The notes under the pieces were generated by a model that ran no database searches, was not told the DNA's origin, and saw only the letters and a program-made list of their open reading frames with translations. Positions 10,507-19,309 of a stretch of DNA of 64,000 nucleotides are shown piece after piece (within the stretch, counting starts at the first letter, position 1; each line of letters starts with the position of its first letter). The stretch is from Patescibacteria group bacterium. GTDB taxonomy: Bacteria > Patescibacteriota > Patescibacteriia > GWA2-46-9. The stretch lies in the NCBI GenBank assembly GCA_041660005.1, contig JBAZXG010000003.1, positions 64,835 through 128,834 on the forward strand, written 5' to 3'. Both the position numbers and the translations under genes were made by a program.

Positions 10507-11492
10507 CGGTAACTGTAGCAATTGTCACGAGAAATGGTGCAGCTTATTTGCCAAAGTTGCTGCAAAGTCTTGATGAACAAACTTTTCATGATTTCGAAAC
10601 TTCTTTCTTGGATAACGCCTCAACTGACGCATCGGTAGAAATAGTGAAGGAGTGGTTAAATAATCATCAAGGATTTCTGACAGAGGAGAGGGAGAATACT
10701 GGTTTTGCCAGCGCTTACAATAAGTTAATTCAAGATGTTACGACACCGTACATATTGGTATTAAATCAGGATGTCGTTCTTGATAAGGAATATCTTTCAA
10801 GACTCGTATCACAAGCGGTTATTGATAAGCAGGTAGGGGTATTCTCCGGTATACTTTTGCGGTTTAACATGACGAGTACTCGGCCCATTTTTACGCAGGT
10901 CATTGACGCCTTCGGTTTAAAGTTGTTTAGAACACATCGCGCCGTTGAATGGTTGCGCGGTCAAGACGTAACTGTCGCACCGAAGATCTCAATGCCTGTT
11001 TTTGGGGTGCCCGCTACTGCTGCGTTGTACAGAATGGATGCGTTAAAGAGTGTAGCAATTCAGCGATCCCATAAAACGTTATATTTTGATGATTTGTTTT
11101 TTGCTTATAAAGAAGACGTTGATATTGCCTATCGTTTGCAGTTGAAAGGGTGGGGTAGTGTAGTGGTGCCTCAGGCGGTGGCTTATCATTACCGGACGGT
11201 GAGAGGCGAGGTAGACTCAGGTTCGCTCTTTAACAGTGTTACGAAAAGCGCTAAGGTGCGGCAGGAACGCTCTGAGTTTAACAAGTACCAGTCTTACCGT
11301 AATCACTTGTTTTTTCTGTTTGGTACAGTAAAAGTGTCATTCTTTTCCCTATCTTTTTGGCTTACGCTCATATACGAAGTTGGGAAATGCGCCTATCTTA
11401 TATTTACATCATCGTCGCATTTACGCGCCTGGAAAGAGGTTTACCAAGTAAGGCGTGAACTTCGAGAAAAAAGACTTCAGGTGCAAGGATAA
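10503..11492 (+). CDS. Glycosyltransferase family 2
   Basis: VAIVTRNGAAYLPKLLQSLDEQT..LDNASTD N-terminal GT-A signature and a DxD-like region. ATGA overlap with the upstream gene. Confidence 0.7.
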   Translation: MTVTVAIVTRNGAAYLPKLLQSLDEQTFHDFETSFLDNASTDASVEIVKEWLNNHQGFLTEERENTGFASAYNKLIQDVTTPYILVLNQDVVLDKEYLSRLVSQAVIDKQVGVFSGILLRFNMTSTRPIFTQVIDAFGLKLFRTHRAVEWLRGQDVTVAPKISMPVFGVPATAALYRMDALKSVAIQRSHKTLYFDDLFFAYKEDVDIAYRLQLKGWGSVVVPQAVAYHYRTVRGEVDSGSLFNSVTKSAKVRQERSEFNKYQSYRNHLFFLFGTVKVSFFSLSFWLTLIYEVGKCAYLIFTSSSHLRAWKEVYQVRRELREKRLQVQG

Positions 11493-11515
11493 AATAGTTT
11501 AATATTGAGAGTAAT

Positions 11516-12334
11516 ATGGTGGATACAATAGCTACAAGTTTATCAATTGTCATCGTGAACTATAAGACGCGCGGTCTACTGCGGCAGTTACTTTTAAGTA
11601 TTCGCAAGTTTCCACCGTCGGTACCCTATGAAGTGATTGTGGTGGACAATCATTCAATGGACGGAAGCATAGAAATGCTCCAGAGTGACTTTCCTGAAAT
11701 CGAGACTTTAGCGCTTAAGAGTAACTTAGGGTATAGCAAAGGCACGAACAAGGGTGTCGAGAGAGCGAAGTCGTCGTTTGTTCTTTTGGTAAACACGGAT
11801 ATCGTTTTTGATGGCAAAATTATCGATGGGTTAGTGCATTATTTTACACGTCACGAAGAAGTGGGCGCTGTCTCACCGCGGTTGCATAACGCTGATGGTA
11901 CACTGCAACATTCTGCGTTTCGATTTTATCATTTTATGACGCCGCTTTACCGCCGTAGTTTTCTTGCCAATACCAAAAAAGGTAAAGCCGAAATTAATAG
12001 ATTTCTTATGCTGGATTGGGATCATTCCTCGACGCGGCCGGTAGACTGGCTCATGTCGAGCTGCCTACTCATCCGTAAAAAAGCGTTCGACGAAATTCGT
12101 GGCTTTGACGAGAGATTTTTTGTTTACCTATCCGACACTGATTTTTGTCGTCGTCTGTGGTTAAAGAATTGGCAGGTGCATTATGTGGCTGACTTAGTCT
12201 TGGTTCATTATCATCGTCGAGAGTCAGCCGAGCGATTTCAGGTTAGTCTCATTCATGCGAAGGATTTTGCCGCATATTTTTTGAAATGGTCAGGAAAACC
12301 TTTGCCGCAGTATAAAATGGATCGATTGTCATAA
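11516..12334 (+). CDS. Glycosyltransferase family 2
   Basis: SIVIVNYKTRGLLRQLLLSI..VVDNHSMDGS GT-A signature. Confidence 0.7.
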   Translation: MVDTIATSLSIVIVNYKTRGLLRQLLLSIRKFPPSVPYEVIVVDNHSMDGSIEMLQSDFPEIETLALKSNLGYSKGTNKGVERAKSSFVLLVNTDIVFDGKIIDGLVHYFTRHEEVGAVSPRLHNADGTLQHSAFRFYHFMTPLYRRSFLANTKKGKAEINRFLMLDWDHSSTRPVDWLMSSCLLIRKKAFDEIRGFDERFFVYLSDTDFCRRLWLKNWQVHYVADLVLVHYHRRESAERFQVSLIHAKDFAAYFLKWSGKPLPQYKMDRLS

Positions 12335-12378
12335 CCCTTGCCAGTAGGGCTAGACCTTGGGTATACTGTAGTACCTTT

Positions 12379-13386
12379 ATGATTTTCAAAAAGATAGCTA
12401 TTGACCTTGGTACAACGAATACTTTAGTTCATTTACCAAAGCGGGGCATTGTCATCAACGAACCTTCGGTCGTGGCTATTTCTATTGTGGACAAAAAAAT
12501 TCTGGCCGTTGGCAACGAGGCAAAAGAAATGCTTGGCCGAACACCAGACACCATTACGGCGTTGCGGCCACTCAAAGAGGGAGTTATTGCCGACTATCGA
12601 ACAACTGAAGCCATGCTTCGCTATTTTATCAATAAGGCGCTTGGTGGTGTGCGTTTCTTTCGACCGGAGGTTATGGTGGCTGTGCCGGCGGGTATCACCG
12701 CGACCGAACGTAGAGCAGTTATTGATGCTTGTATGGCTGCAGGTGCCAAAGCTGCATTTATCATTAAGGAGCCCATCGCAGCCGCCATTGGTGCGAATAT
12801 TCCAATTGGTTCCGCTTCGGGTCATATGATTATTGATATTGGTGGTGGCACTTCTGAGATGGCAGTCATTTCACTTGGTGGCATTGTTGCGAGCACGTCG
12901 GTGCGTATTGGTGGTACAAAATTCGATGCCGCCATTTCCGAGTACATTCGTAAAAAATATAACTTAGCAATAGGGGAACGTACCGCTGAAGATATTAAAG
13001 TCGAAATTGGCTCAGCTCTGTATCTTGAAGATAAACTGCACATGGATGTGCGCGGTCGCGACATGGTGACTGGTTTACCGCAGACGGTGACCGTTACGTC
13101 AGACGACATTACGGAAGCTATTCAGGCAGAGTTGGAGGGTATCATTGAAGCAGCAAAATCAGTGTTACAAAACACACCGCCAGAGTTGTCAGCTGACGTC
13201 ATTGATAAAGGTATGGTGCTTTCTGGTGGAAGCTCGCTTCTGCGTAATATCGATCAACTACTAAGTCGGGCAACTGGTGTGCCCGCCTATGTAGCGGACG
13301 ACGCCTTGCTTTGTGTCGCTCGGGGTACGGGTATTGCTCTTGAAAATCTTGATGCCTACAAACGAAGTATTTTGGCGACTCATTAA
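12379..13386 (+). CDS. mreB: Rod shape-determining protein MreB
   Basis: IDLGTTNTLV phosphate-1 motif, DIGGGTSE, and overall actin-like ATPase architecture of about 335 aa. Confidence 0.9.
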   Translation: MIFKKIAIDLGTTNTLVHLPKRGIVINEPSVVAISIVDKKILAVGNEAKEMLGRTPDTITALRPLKEGVIADYRTTEAMLRYFINKALGGVRFFRPEVMVAVPAGITATERRAVIDACMAAGAKAAFIIKEPIAAAIGANIPIGSASGHMIIDIGGGTSEMAVISLGGIVASTSVRIGGTKFDAAISEYIRKKYNLAIGERTAEDIKVEIGSALYLEDKLHMDVRGRDMVTGLPQTVTVTSDDITEAIQAELEGIIEAAKSVLQNTPPELSADVIDKGMVLSGGSSLLRNIDQLLSRATGVPAYVADDALLCVARGTGIALENLDAYKRSILATH

Positions 13387-13389
13387 GAG

Positions 13390-13418
13390 TTGACAGGAGT
13401 TGTCTGATTAGGTAAAAT
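13390..13418 (+). promoter_or_regulatory. Sigma70-like promoter upstream of rplU
   Basis: TTGACA (13390-13395), a 17-nt spacer, then TAAAAT (13413-13418), about 28 nt before the rplU ATG. Confidence 0.5.
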
Positions 13419-13445
13419 CTTCTAACTTATTCTTTTTCTGATTCT

Positions 13446-13760
13446 ATGCAGGCGGTAATTAAAACAGGCGGAAAACAATACCTTGTCGCTGAAGGTCAAC
13501 GTCTCAGCATCGAGAAAATCGATGGAGAGGTTGGTGCAGTAATTAATTTTGACGAAGTACTATTGGTTGCCGATGGGGACAAAGTGGTTATTGGCACTCC
13601 TAAGGTTTCAAAGGCAAAAGTGTCGGCAAAGGTTGAAACTCAAGGAAGATCGCGAACAATTGATGTCATTAAGTATAAGGCGAAGGTGCGTTATCGCCGA
13701 AAAATTGGGCATCGGCAGCATTTCACAAAAGTGCTTATCAACAAAATTATGACCTCATAA
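13446..13760 (+). CDS. rplU: 50S ribosomal protein L21
   Basis: MQAVIKTGGKQYLVAEGQRLSIEKI N-terminus is the classic L21 signature. 104 aa. Confidence 0.9.
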   Translation: MQAVIKTGGKQYLVAEGQRLSIEKIDGEVGAVINFDEVLLVADGDKVVIGTPKVSKAKVSAKVETQGRSRTIDVIKYKAKVRYRRKIGHRQHFTKVLINKIMTS

Positions 13761-13778
13761 CGAGGTCATAATTTTTTG
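13741..13778. terminator. Bidirectional intrinsic terminator between convergent rplU and recR
   Basis: Perfect 8-bp stem ATGACCTC/GAGGTCAT (13749-13769) with a 5-nt loop. An A-run lies upstream and a T-run (aattttttggtatttttt) downstream. Confidence 0.6.
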
Positions 13779-14371
13779 GTATTTTTTCTTTCGGTAATCG
13801 CAGCGCCTAGAGTCACTTCGTCGGCGTACTCAAGCCGATAGCCCGCGGGCAAGCCGCGAGCAGGCTTCGTGATAGGAATGCCGTACTTTCGCAATTCTTC
13901 GACTAAGTAGGAAGCAGTCGCCTCGCCATTGGTGTCTGCATCGAACACTAAAATAACTTCCTTAACGGTTTTGTCCTCTAGGCGACGATGCAGAGACGAA
14001 ATTGAAAGCTGATTAGGGGTAATGCCGTCTATGGGGTTTAAAACACCGCCAAGGACAAAATAGAGCCCATGGTAGATGCCTGTGTCCTCGATGGCGTTGA
14101 GTGTCCTGTCGTCAGCCACAATGCAAAGTAATCCCTGCTCGCGAGAGGTAGTCGAGCAGATGACGCAAGGATTTTTTTCGCTAAACGAGTTGCACCTTTG
14201 GCAGCGAATGAGGTTTTGATGCAGACCAAGAATGGCCTCGGCCAGAATTGCAGCATCTTTTGCATTGCCGTGTATGAGCGAGTAAGCAAAGCGTATGGCT
14301 GTGCGGCGACCAATACCGGGCAGTATTAAGAAAGCATCAATCAACCGCTGTACTGGCTGCGGGTAGCGCAT
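13766..14371 (-). CDS. recR: Recombination protein RecR
   Basis: C4 zinc finger CQRCNSFSEKNPCVIC, a helix-hairpin-helix N-terminus, and a Toprim domain with DADTNGEATA. Confidence 0.9.
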   Translation of the reverse strand: MRYPQPVQRLIDAFLILPGIGRRTAIRFAYSLIHGNAKDAAILAEAILGLHQNLIRCQRCNSFSEKNPCVICSTTSREQGLLCIVADDRTLNAIEDTGIYHGLYFVLGGVLNPIDGITPNQLSISSLHRRLEDKTVKEVILVFDADTNGEATASYLVEELRKYGIPITKPARGLPAGYRLEYADEVTLGAAITERKNTKKL

Positions 14372-14373
14372 GT

Positions 14374-15771
14374 TTAGAATGTTGGGCCGGCGGTTTGCTC
14401 TCGGCGTTCGAGGTTTTGGAAACTAACGCGACCTTCGTCAAAGTAAAGTTCGATTTTACCCGTTGGGCCATTGCGGTGTTTTTCGATGTGAATTTCGGCA
14501 ATGTTTTTTTCTTCAAGGGACAGGTCTCGAATACTCTTATCCATTGATTTTCTGTAGATAAACATGACCACGTCTGCGTCTTGTTCGATGGCGCCAGAGT
14601 CGCGAAGATCGGCAAGTTTAGGAATAGCCGGACTACGCGCTTCAACGGCACGCGACAGCTGCGACAGCGCTAGTACAGGAATTTGCAGTTCACGAGCTAA
14701 GCCCTTGAGGGCACGGCTAATTTCTGAAATTTCTTGAACACGACTCTCTGCTTTGCCGCGTCCTTCCATAAGCTGCAGGTAGTCAATAATGAGGAGGCCA
14801 AGTCCTTTCTCCATCTGTAGTCGGCGAGCACGCGCGCGAATATCCATGACGTTGGCGCTCGCCGCGTCATCAATATAAATTGGCGCTTCGGCAAGTACGC
14901 CCATGGCTTGCCCAATGCGAGTGAAGTCATCATTTTCGCCTTTGTCAGTAAGACGCCCAGTGCGCATTTTCCAGAGGTCAACGCCGGCCTCAGCGCAAAG
15001 AATTCTGTCGACGAGTTGCTCTTTGGACATTTCAAGACTAAAAATACCAACGGGAATTTTACCCCGCACTGCAATGTGCCTTGCTAAGTCAAGAGCGAAC
15101 GAAGTTTTACCCATGGACGGGCGAGCTGCCAAAATAATTAAATCTGATTTTTGGAACCCAGCTAGCGTGTGGTCAAGATCCTTATAGCCCGTTGGGATAC
15201 CACGTAATTTGCCACCTTGGCGGTGGAGTTCATCAATACGATCGAACGCTTCAGTGAGCAAAGACTTCATGGGACGGAAGAGGTGCTGCATGTAGCGCTG
15301 TGTCACCGACATCAATTTTTGCTCTGCTTTGTCGAGCGCTACATCAATCTCTTCATCTTCTTCAAACCCCAGGCCAGTAATTTCTATGCCGGCTTCAATG
15401 AGGCGTCGCAGTGTAGCTTTGCGCTGCACGATTTTTGCATAGTGGCTGACGTTTGAAGCTGAAGGTACGTTATTAGAAAGACTTGCTAGGTAAGAACGAC
15501 CGCCAATTTTTTCAAGTTGGTTCCTTCCTTCGAGCTTTGACGAGACACTGAGTACGTCAATCGGCTCATGTTTTGCAAACAGGTCCTGCATGGCCTCAAA
15601 GATAAGGCCATGAATTTCGCGATAAAAGTCAGCCGGCGCCACCATATCTGTCACCTGGACAATGGCATCTTTGCTGAGTAAAACAGCACCCAAAAGTGAC
15701 TGCTCGGCTTCTAGGCTTTGTGGTGGTATTTTTGAGGAATCTTCACCTTGTGTTTTTGCCATAAAGGTCAT
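14374..15771 (-). CDS. dnaB: Replicative DNA helicase DnaB
   Basis: PQSLEAEQSLLGAVL N-terminal motif, Walker A GARPSMGKTSFAL, and the RecA-like C-terminal domain. The start is set at the internal ATG at 15771 because the longer ORF runs into tRNA-Lys. Confidence 0.9.
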   Translation of the reverse strand: MTFMAKTQGEDSSKIPPQSLEAEQSLLGAVLLSKDAIVQVTDMVAPADFYREIHGLIFEAMQDLFAKHEPIDVLSVSSKLEGRNQLEKIGGRSYLASLSNNVPSASNVSHYAKIVQRKATLRRLIEAGIEITGLGFEEDEEIDVALDKAEQKLMSVTQRYMQHLFRPMKSLLTEAFDRIDELHRQGGKLRGIPTGYKDLDHTLAGFQKSDLIILAARPSMGKTSFALDLARHIAVRGKIPVGIFSLEMSKEQLVDRILCAEAGVDLWKMRTGRLTDKGENDDFTRIGQAMGVLAEAPIYIDDAASANVMDIRARARRLQMEKGLGLLIIDYLQLMEGRGKAESRVQEISEISRALKGLARELQIPVLALSQLSRAVEARSPAIPKLADLRDSGAIEQDADVVMFIYRKSMDKSIRDLSLEEKNIAEIHIEKHRNGPTGKIELYFDEGRVSFQNLERREQTAGPTF

Positions 15772-15842
15772 TACACTGTAGCGCCAACTCCGTATACGTT
15801 CAAGTTGCGGAATTGGGTATCTTTCAATATACTGCAGTCCAT

Positions 15843-15914
15843 GCCCCGGTAGCTCAGTGGTAGAGCAGTGGCCTTTTAAGCCAATGGTCGCAAGTTCGAT
15901 CCTTGCCCGGGGCA
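15843..15914 (+). tRNA. tRNA-Lys (anticodon UUU)
   Basis: Acceptor stem GCCCCGG/CCGGGGC, D-arm GCTCAGTGGTAGAGC, anticodon loop CTTTTAA, T-loop TTCGATC. CCA is not encoded. Confidence 0.85.
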
Positions 15915-16120
15915 AAAAAACTTTAAGGAAAACCGCCTGGGTTTTCCTTAATATTCCTTTCCCTCCTTAGAGGACGTTCGAATTTTTCTTCGCTTCCACA
16001 ACTGTCATAGCCAGATTGTGGTTCTCGAAAAATTCTCACTCAGCAGTAGACCTTTCGATACAACTTCATGCCTGTCCGCCTTTGGCGGAGCTTTCTAGAA
16101 TAACTCTTTCCCTTGCCATT

Positions 16121-16924
16121 ATGAATCAAAAGAAATTTATCATAACAGTGTTCGCTGTCTGTGCAATAATTGTCATTGGAGCAGTTGGGTATGTTGTTGT
16201 AAATACGCGAGTAGCTGCGCCAACTTCCAATACAGTATTTACTCCAACACCAGTTTCTACGCCAACTCCGACGACAGGGGAATCTTCAAACTTACTCACG
16301 GCACCATTGGCTGGTGGTGAAGTTAACACAAGTGGGTACCGGTATGAGTTTGCACATAAGCAGGATCCGCCTGGGAATACGTTGAATGACCACTTGGTTT
16401 TTGTATCACCATCTGGAGAGAAAACCGTTGTTCCTGATAGCATCTGGTTTCAAATTTATGCAGCAACTGCTTTTGATAAAACCGAAAAGCAGGGTGGTCA
16501 AAACTTAACAAGTTTTTATATGCCCGTTCACCCCACAAACAAGGATATAATTTTTCTATCAACAGAAGAACCTTTAGTTGAAACATTTTCAAGAATAACA
16601 AATAGGATTTACTCTTATAATCTGAAAACTTCTGAGCTGAAAGAGGTTTATTCTGAAACCGTTGAAAATAATTCTCCAATGAATCCGCATAGTGCTAGAA
16701 TTTTGAGAACTGTAGGTACTGATGGTTCTAAGGTTCTTGTGCTTTATGATGATTATGAGAATTCTCCCGGACCTTGCACAAAAATTTGGTACCACTACAA
16801 AGACCGAGTGGCATATCTCGAACTCGCTGATGTGCAAGGGGGATTAAAGTCGTACACTGTACCTTCATACAAAGTTGAAGAAGGTCGAGTCGACTCTGAC
16901 AAGTGCTTACAAGAACTTCAGTAA
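16121..16924 (+). CDS. Hypothetical secreted or membrane-anchored protein
   Basis: ORF with an N-terminal hydrophobic anchor (MNQKKFIITVFAVCAIIVIGAV) and a Pro/Thr-rich linker. No motif recognised. Confidence 0.4.
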   Translation: MNQKKFIITVFAVCAIIVIGAVGYVVVNTRVAAPTSNTVFTPTPVSTPTPTTGESSNLLTAPLAGGEVNTSGYRYEFAHKQDPPGNTLNDHLVFVSPSGEKTVVPDSIWFQIYAATAFDKTEKQGGQNLTSFYMPVHPTNKDIIFLSTEEPLVETFSRITNRIYSYNLKTSELKEVYSETVENNSPMNPHSARILRTVGTDGSKVLVLYDDYENSPGPCTKIWYHYKDRVAYLELADVQGGLKSYTVPSYKVEEGRVDSDKCLQELQ

Positions 16925-17009
16925 GTGTTGAGGAAGAAAAAATCAATAGCGGGAACTTTGAATTACGTTGACGAAAGCAGTAAATTTTGGTACTCTCGAA
17001 GTAATATTT

Positions 17010-17414
17010 ATGCGTCGATACATTGCAGGTCTCACAATCATCATGCTTCTGGCACTTAGTGTCGGCTATACAGTTATGCCAATGGATATGGATGACATGG
17101 TTATGGATAAAATGGCTGCAACTGGTTCAGTGATTATGTCAGCCGTACACTGCTCAATGGACGGGTGCTTAACAGAAAGCTCTGCCACGGTACCCAGCGT
17201 GTCATGTTTGGAACATTGTTTGGCAGCGGGCAGCAAAGCGTTACCGAATAGTCTCCCTATGACGGAGCGTACTATTGGAATCAGTCTCATTTTTGGTTTA
17301 GCTGCAGCTTTTGCTTTTGTAAAACCACGAACCAAGAAGTTGCAGCAGCGCCTTCTTGCTTTTCAAGAACTATTTCGTTTGCAACAATTGTCGACCGTTG
17401 TACTGCGCGACTAG
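17010..17414 (+). CDS. Small Met/Cys-rich membrane protein, putative copper-binding
   Basis: TM helix followed by MPMDMDDMVMDKM and HCSMDGC..SCLEHC motifs. It sits immediately upstream of the cop genes. The start is taken at an internal ATG. Confidence 0.35.
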   Translation: MRRYIAGLTIIMLLALSVGYTVMPMDMDDMVMDKMAATGSVIMSAVHCSMDGCLTESSATVPSVSCLEHCLAAGSKALPNSLPMTERTIGISLIFGLAAAFAFVKPRTKKLQQRLLAFQELFRLQQLSTVVLRD

Positions 17415-17465
17415 CGATATCACGGACTAGCTAGGCTTTTGTATTAAGGCCTGGATTTATTTACT

Positions 17466-19085
17466 GTGATTTATGCTATGCGCATATTAAAGTTTAACGT
17501 TACAAATCTTCATAAGGACAACGCAGCATCGTTTGAGACTGCGTCTCTTGCGCACCCTGGGGTTAAGCAAGTGGAGACCTGGCAGGGGCGTGCTGAGATT
17601 AAAGTTGATGATTCTGCAAATCAGTCCGCTCTCATAAATGAGCTCAAAGCAAACGGTTTTGAGTTGGTGGTCAGAGAGCAGGTGGACAAACCAACGAGTG
17701 TAACTAAAGTGCATGTTGATGGTATGACGTGCAGAAGTTGCGAACTAACTATCGAGCGGAAGCTCATGAAATTACCTGGTGTGGCAAAGGTGGACGCCAA
17801 CGCGGGAAATGGAAAGGTACGTTTGTTCTGCTACGACGCCGCGCCGAACTTGAAAGTACTACAGAATGCTCTTGGTGATGAGAAATACACTGTGCGTCCG
17901 TTTGAAAGCAAGACTGCTCATCAGAAAAGTCAGCTCAGCAAGCAAAACGAGGGTAGGCCATCGTTTGGTAAACTAATTGTTTTGTTTGGCGGCGTTTTTG
18001 TTGTTGGGTGGTTCCTCTCTCGACTAGGGCTCTTCAGTTCTAATTATCAAATTGGAACGAGTGTCGGTTTCACTGCTGCTATTGTGTTGGGCCTTATTGC
18101 CGGCAGCTCGTCTTGCCTTGCGGTTGCTGGAGGGCTCTTACTCTCATCAGCTTCAAAGTTCCACGAACGGTATGGCAACCAGACATTTGTACATCGCATG
18201 CGCCCTGTTGGTCTCTTCATCACTGGTCGCATTCTTTCGTACGGAATGCTAGGAGGACTCATTGGATACCTCGGCAAATCGTTAACACCGTCGCCATTAA
18301 TAACGGGCGCACTCACCATACTCGCTGCGCTCTACATGTTGACGATGGGTCTCGACATGCTTCACTTAGCGCCACGCTGGCTAAAAGCATTGATGCCGAG
18401 AATGCCGAAATCAATCGGTCACAAAATTATGGATGCCGAAGGTAAAGATCACTGGGTTACCCCGTTTTTGCTGGGCGGCGCAACATTCTTTTTGCCGTGT
18501 GGCTTCACACAATCTCTGCAGCTCTACGCCCTAACTACCGGTAGCTTTACGAGCAGTGCCATAACCCTCGCTGCGTTTGCCTTAGGAACAGCTCCGGCAC
18601 TCTTTGCTCTCGGCTGGGCTTCGAGCTCACTCAAAGGCAAGTCCGGTCGATTATTCTTTCAGTTCGCTGGCGCAGTTGTCATTGTTCTTGGCCTCCTCAA
18701 CATTCAGAACGGGTTAGCAGTGAGTGGCTACTCTTTGTCACTGCCGAGCTTTGCCGTTAGTAGCCGAACTGCAACGGCAGGAAGCGTTGATGATAGCAAT
18801 GTCATTTTTGACGGCAAGACTTCGAACATCAAGATGCGGCTCACTGATTCTTCTCCATACTATTCGCCAAGCGATGAATTCACTGTTCGGGCAGGATACC
18901 CTGTGCACATACAAATTGACGGCTACGGTACAGGATGCCGGGCGGTGTTCCAAATTCCTCGTCTTAACGTTGAGACACTTCTAGATAAGCAAGTAAACAT
19001 CGTTGATTTTACTCCGACAAGGGCAGGCGACTATACGTTCAGCTGTTCCATGGGTATGTATCGCGGCACCTTACGTGTCATTTAA
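17466..19085 (+). CDS. HMA-domain membrane protein with a polytopic permease core and a C-terminal cupredoxin-like domain
   Basis: MTCRSCELTIERKLMKLPGV is an MxCxxC heavy-metal-associated domain. About 8 TM helices with an FLPCGFT motif. The C-terminal beta-domain ends YTFSCSMGMYRGTLRV. Confidence 0.5.
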   Translation: MIYAMRILKFNVTNLHKDNAASFETASLAHPGVKQVETWQGRAEIKVDDSANQSALINELKANGFELVVREQVDKPTSVTKVHVDGMTCRSCELTIERKLMKLPGVAKVDANAGNGKVRLFCYDAAPNLKVLQNALGDEKYTVRPFESKTAHQKSQLSKQNEGRPSFGKLIVLFGGVFVVGWFLSRLGLFSSNYQIGTSVGFTAAIVLGLIAGSSSCLAVAGGLLLSSASKFHERYGNQTFVHRMRPVGLFITGRILSYGMLGGLIGYLGKSLTPSPLITGALTILAALYMLTMGLDMLHLAPRWLKALMPRMPKSIGHKIMDAEGKDHWVTPFLLGGATFFLPCGFTQSLQLYALTTGSFTSSAITLAAFALGTAPALFALGWASSSLKGKSGRLFFQFAGAVVIVLGLLNIQNGLAVSGYSLSLPSFAVSSRTATAGSVDDSNVIFDGKTSNIKMRLTDSSPYYSPSDEFTVRAGYPVHIQIDGYGTGCRAVFQIPRLNVETLLDKQVNIVDFTPTRAGDYTFSCSMGMYRGTLRVI

Positions 19086-19096
19086 CTAAGTAATAT

Positions 19097-19309
19097 ATGG
19101 CTACAACATCATTCAGTATCACTGGCATGCACTGTGAGTCATGCAAAGGTCTCATCGAAGACGTGGTAATGGACGTGCCGGGCGTTATGAGTTGCAGTGT
19201 CAATCAGGAGACGAATTCTGGTACAATAGAGCATAGTGAATCGTTTAATTTTGGTGACCTCGTGAAAGAGATTGAAGCACTGGGTCCTTACCGAATAGCA
19301 AAAATATGA
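19097..19309 (+). CDS. copZ: Copper chaperone CopZ (HMA domain)
   Basis: 70-aa protein with [15 protein letters not shown] (MxCxxC). Confidence 0.8.
   Translation: MATTSFSITGMHCESCKGLIEDVVMDVPGVMSCSVNQETNSGTIEHSESFNFGDLVKEIEALGPYRIAKI

Noticed and set aside
12433-12829. Two overlapping ORFs (130 aa on the minus strand, 126 aa on the plus strand in another frame) inside mreB
   Set aside because: They lie entirely within the highly conserved mreB coding region. Their composition is low-complexity and rich in Cys, Arg and Trp. Shadow ORFs.
15772-15915. N-terminal extension of the dnaB ORF (listed as starting at 15915)
   Set aside because: The extension is the antisense of tRNA-Lys. The conserved DnaB N-terminus (PQSLEAEQSLLGAVL) begins just after the internal ATG at 15771.
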